Shown here: positions 61,841 to 64,000 of the stretch, piece by piece
Layout: every line of letters starts with the position of its first letter
Position numbering within the stretch: the stretch's first letter is position 1
Assembly: GCA_963847705.1 (NCBI GenBank)
Contig: CAWKBC010000010.1
Location: 1 to 64,000 of the forward strand
Direction: 5' to 3'
Length of the DNA: 64,000 nt
Source of the DNA: an uncultured Pseudomonadota bacterium
Lineage (GTDB): Bacteria > Myxococcota_A > Polyangia > Fen-1088
Program-made: the position numbers and the translations under genes
Notes under the pieces: generated by a model
Told to the model about the DNA's origin: nothing
Database searches by the model: none
Seen by the model: the letters and a program-made list of their open reading frames with translations, nothing else

Positions 61841-63961
61841 GTGAAAGACATAGCTTGCGCGCGCGTTGCGTCTCGGGCGCTGTTCTTCTCCTTGGCCTTC
61901 GCCTCGTTGGCCCTGGCGGCCGGGTGCGGCTCCGGCGCGGGCTCCACCGGCAGCCCAGGATCGGGCGGTGGCAGCGGCGCGCCAGGAAGCGGCGGCGCGC
62001 CGGGGAGCGGCGGCGCGCCCGGAAGCGGCGGCGCGGGCACCGGTGGCGCGTCGGGCACCGGTGGGAGCTCCGGCGGAGGAACCGGCGGGACCATCGTCGC
62101 GACGCAGACCTTGAGCCCCAACATCGTGGTCGATCAGTTCGGCTACCGGCCCACGGACGAAAAGATCGCGGTCGTCCGCAACCCGCAAAAGGGATTCGAT
62201 GCGCCCGGCACCTTCACGCCGGGCACCAAGTACGCGCTCGTCGACGCGCACAGCGGCGCGAAGCTGCTGGAGGCGGCGCCGGCCCAGTGGAACGGCGGGA
62301 TGACCGACAGCTCCTCGGGCGACAAGGCCTGGTGGTTCGACTTCTCCACCGTCACCACCGCCGGTGACTACTTCGTCCTCGATGAGACGCAAAACGTCCG
62401 CTCGGACGTCTTCAGCATCTCGGGCAGCGTCTACCGGGACGTGCTGACGCAGGCCACGCGCATGCTCTTCTATCAGCGAGATGGGTTCGCCAAGGCCGCG
62501 CAGTACGCAGGCGCCGCCTGGGCCGACGGCGCCGCCCACACCGGCAAGTGCTACCTCTACAGCGATACGACCATGACGTTGAACCTGGATCTGCACGGCG
62601 GCTGGTGGGACGCCGGTGACTTCAACAAGTACACCAACTGGGGCGCCAGCGACGTCATCGAGCTGATGCACGCCTACGCCGAGACGCCGGCCGCCTTCTC
62701 CGACGCCACCAACATCCCCGAGTCGGGCAACGGCGTCGCCGATCTGCTCGACGAGGTGAAGTGGGAGCTCGACTGGCTGGGCCGCATGCAACAGAGCGAC
62801 GGCTCGGTGCTCAGCATCGTCGGCGAGGCAGCCGCCGAGGCACCCGCCTTCGGCGGCTCGCCCAACACCGCGCCCTCGACGGTGACCGACCCCTGCGCGT
62901 ACGGCCCGGCCTCGACGTCGGCCTCCCTCACCGCCGCCGCCGCTTACGCCTACGGTGCGGTGGTGTTCGGCGCGGCCCCCGGCGCCAGCACCGCCTACCC
63001 CGGCTACGCGGCCGCCCTCGCTCAGCAGGCGCAGAAGGCCTGGACCTGGGCACAGGCGAACCCGGCGGTCTTCTTCTACAACGCGTCGGCGAGCCCCACC
63101 GTCGGCGCCGGCGAGCAGGAGGTTCCGAGCGCCGCCTCCGACCGCACCTATGCGCTCCTGGTGAAGCAGCTCCAGGCCGCGCTCTACCTCTTCGAAGCGA
63201 CCGGCACCACCAGCTACCGCGACTTCTTCGACGCCCACTATTCGGGGATCAACGTCGTCGCCACCGGCTACGCCGACGGCTCGCACGGCGAGGAGCAGGA
63301 GACGCTGCTGGCCTATACGCAGGCGCCCAACGCGACTGCCTCGGTCATCTCCAAGATCAAGAGCGCCTACCTGGGCGCGGCGCAGACCAGCGCCAACCTG
63401 GGCGCCATCACCAGCAACCCCGATCCGTACCTGGCTTACCTCTCGGAGGGCTACTGGTGGGGGATCAACCAGATCAAGAGCGACCAGGGGAACCTGCTCT
63501 ACGACGTGGTCACCTTCGCGCTCGATGCGTCGAGCAGCGCCACCGCCGCCAGGGGCGCCGAGCGCTACGTCCACTGGCTGCACGGCGTGAACCCGTTGCA
63601 GCTGGTCTATCTGTCGAACATGGGGAGCTACGGCGCGCAAAAGTCGGTGACCCGCTTCTTCCACTCCTGGTACGCCAAGGGCTCGAACTGGGACGCCGCC
63701 GGCGTCTCGGAGTACGGGCCGCCCCCCGGCTACCTGACCGGCGGCCCCAACCCCAGTTACACCTGGGACAGCTGCTGCCCGAACAATTGCAGCGGCTACT
63801 CCTGCGGAGCGGCGCAGGCCTCGCCGCCCGCCGGGCAACCTGACCAGAAGTCGTACCTCGATTTCAACGACGGCTGGCCGCTCGACTCCTGGTCCGTCAC
63901 CGAGCCCGACGACGGCTATCAGGCCAAGTACATCCGCCTGCTCTCGAAGTTCGTGAACTGA
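61841..63961 (+). CDS. Glycoside hydrolase family 9 lipoprotein with N-terminal Ig-like domain
   Basis: Lipobox AAGC, GSGGAP linker, VDQFGY, FYQR.G, GGWWDAGD, LHGVNP, GGPN, YLD...W..TE. Confidence 0.9.
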   Translation: MKDIACARVASRALFFSLAFASLALAAGCGSGAGSTGSPGSGGGSGAPGSGGAPGSGGAPGSGGAGTGGASGTGGSSGGGTGGTIVATQTLSPNIVVDQFGYRPTDEKIAVVRNPQKGFDAPGTFTPGTKYALVDAHSGAKLLEAAPAQWNGGMTDSSSGDKAWWFDFSTVTTAGDYFVLDETQNVRSDVFSISGSVYRDVLTQATRMLFYQRDGFAKAAQYAGAAWADGAAHTGKCYLYSDTTMTLNLDLHGGWWDAGDFNKYTNWGASDVIELMHAYAETPAAFSDATNIPESGNGVADLLDEVKWELDWLGRMQQSDGSVLSIVGEAAAEAPAFGGSPNTAPSTVTDPCAYGPASTSASLTAAAAYAYGAVVFGAAPGASTAYPGYAAALAQQAQKAWTWAQANPAVFFYNASASPTVGAGEQEVPSAASDRTYALLVKQLQAALYLFEATGTTSYRDFFDAHYSGINVVATGYADGSHGEEQETLLAYTQAPNATASVISKIKSAYLGAAQTSANLGAITSNPDPYLAYLSEGYWWGINQIKSDQGNLLYDVVTFALDASSSATAARGAERYVHWLHGVNPLQLVYLSNMGSYGAQKSVTRFFHSWYAKGSNWDAAGVSEYGPPPGYLTGGPNPSYTWDSCCPNNCSGYSCGAAQASPPAGQPDQKSYLDFNDGWPLDSWSVTEPDDGYQAKYIRLLSKFVN

Positions 63962-64000
63962 GCGCGCCAGCTCAGCGGCTGAGCAGCCGGCCCCCAGGGC

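Overview
Very GC-rich chromosomal window whose gene content points to Myxococcota (probably Polyangia-like; inferred from Gly-rich and Cys-rich lipoproteins, a Hanks-type Ser/Thr kinase, an Oar-like TonB-dependent receptor and PilZ). About 45 real genes are buried among many antisense shadow ORFs. Housekeeping genes: recD2, a class A PBP, hisBHAF(IE)-dinG/yoaA-plsY, folK, uxs, comM-recA, leuA, bpt and catalase. Transport: MarR with an MFP-RND-TolC pump, TetR with a heterodimeric ABC exporter, and a ZIP transporter. Surface and polysaccharide proteins: an expansin on a 9-repeat Cys-rich stalk, a LamG lipoprotein, a GH9 lipoprotein and a sulfatase. There is also a TPR-TonB-ExbB-ExbD-ExbD-lipoprotein-Oar locus. 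The best candidate for an undescribed system is a three-gene porin / type-1 copper cupredoxin / membrane-sensor Ser/Thr kinase unit (30177-34843) next to a ZIP transporter. Non-coding signals include a perfect 26-bp inverted repeat, an 11-bp-period array, a sigma54-like site before comM-recA, TetR and OxyR-like operators, and repeated -10 hexamers 6-10 nt before start codons (possible leaderless genes). No rRNA, tRNA, CRISPR array or transposase was seen. All calls come from motif reading only; no searches were run, and several starts were moved downstream of the ORF-track starts.
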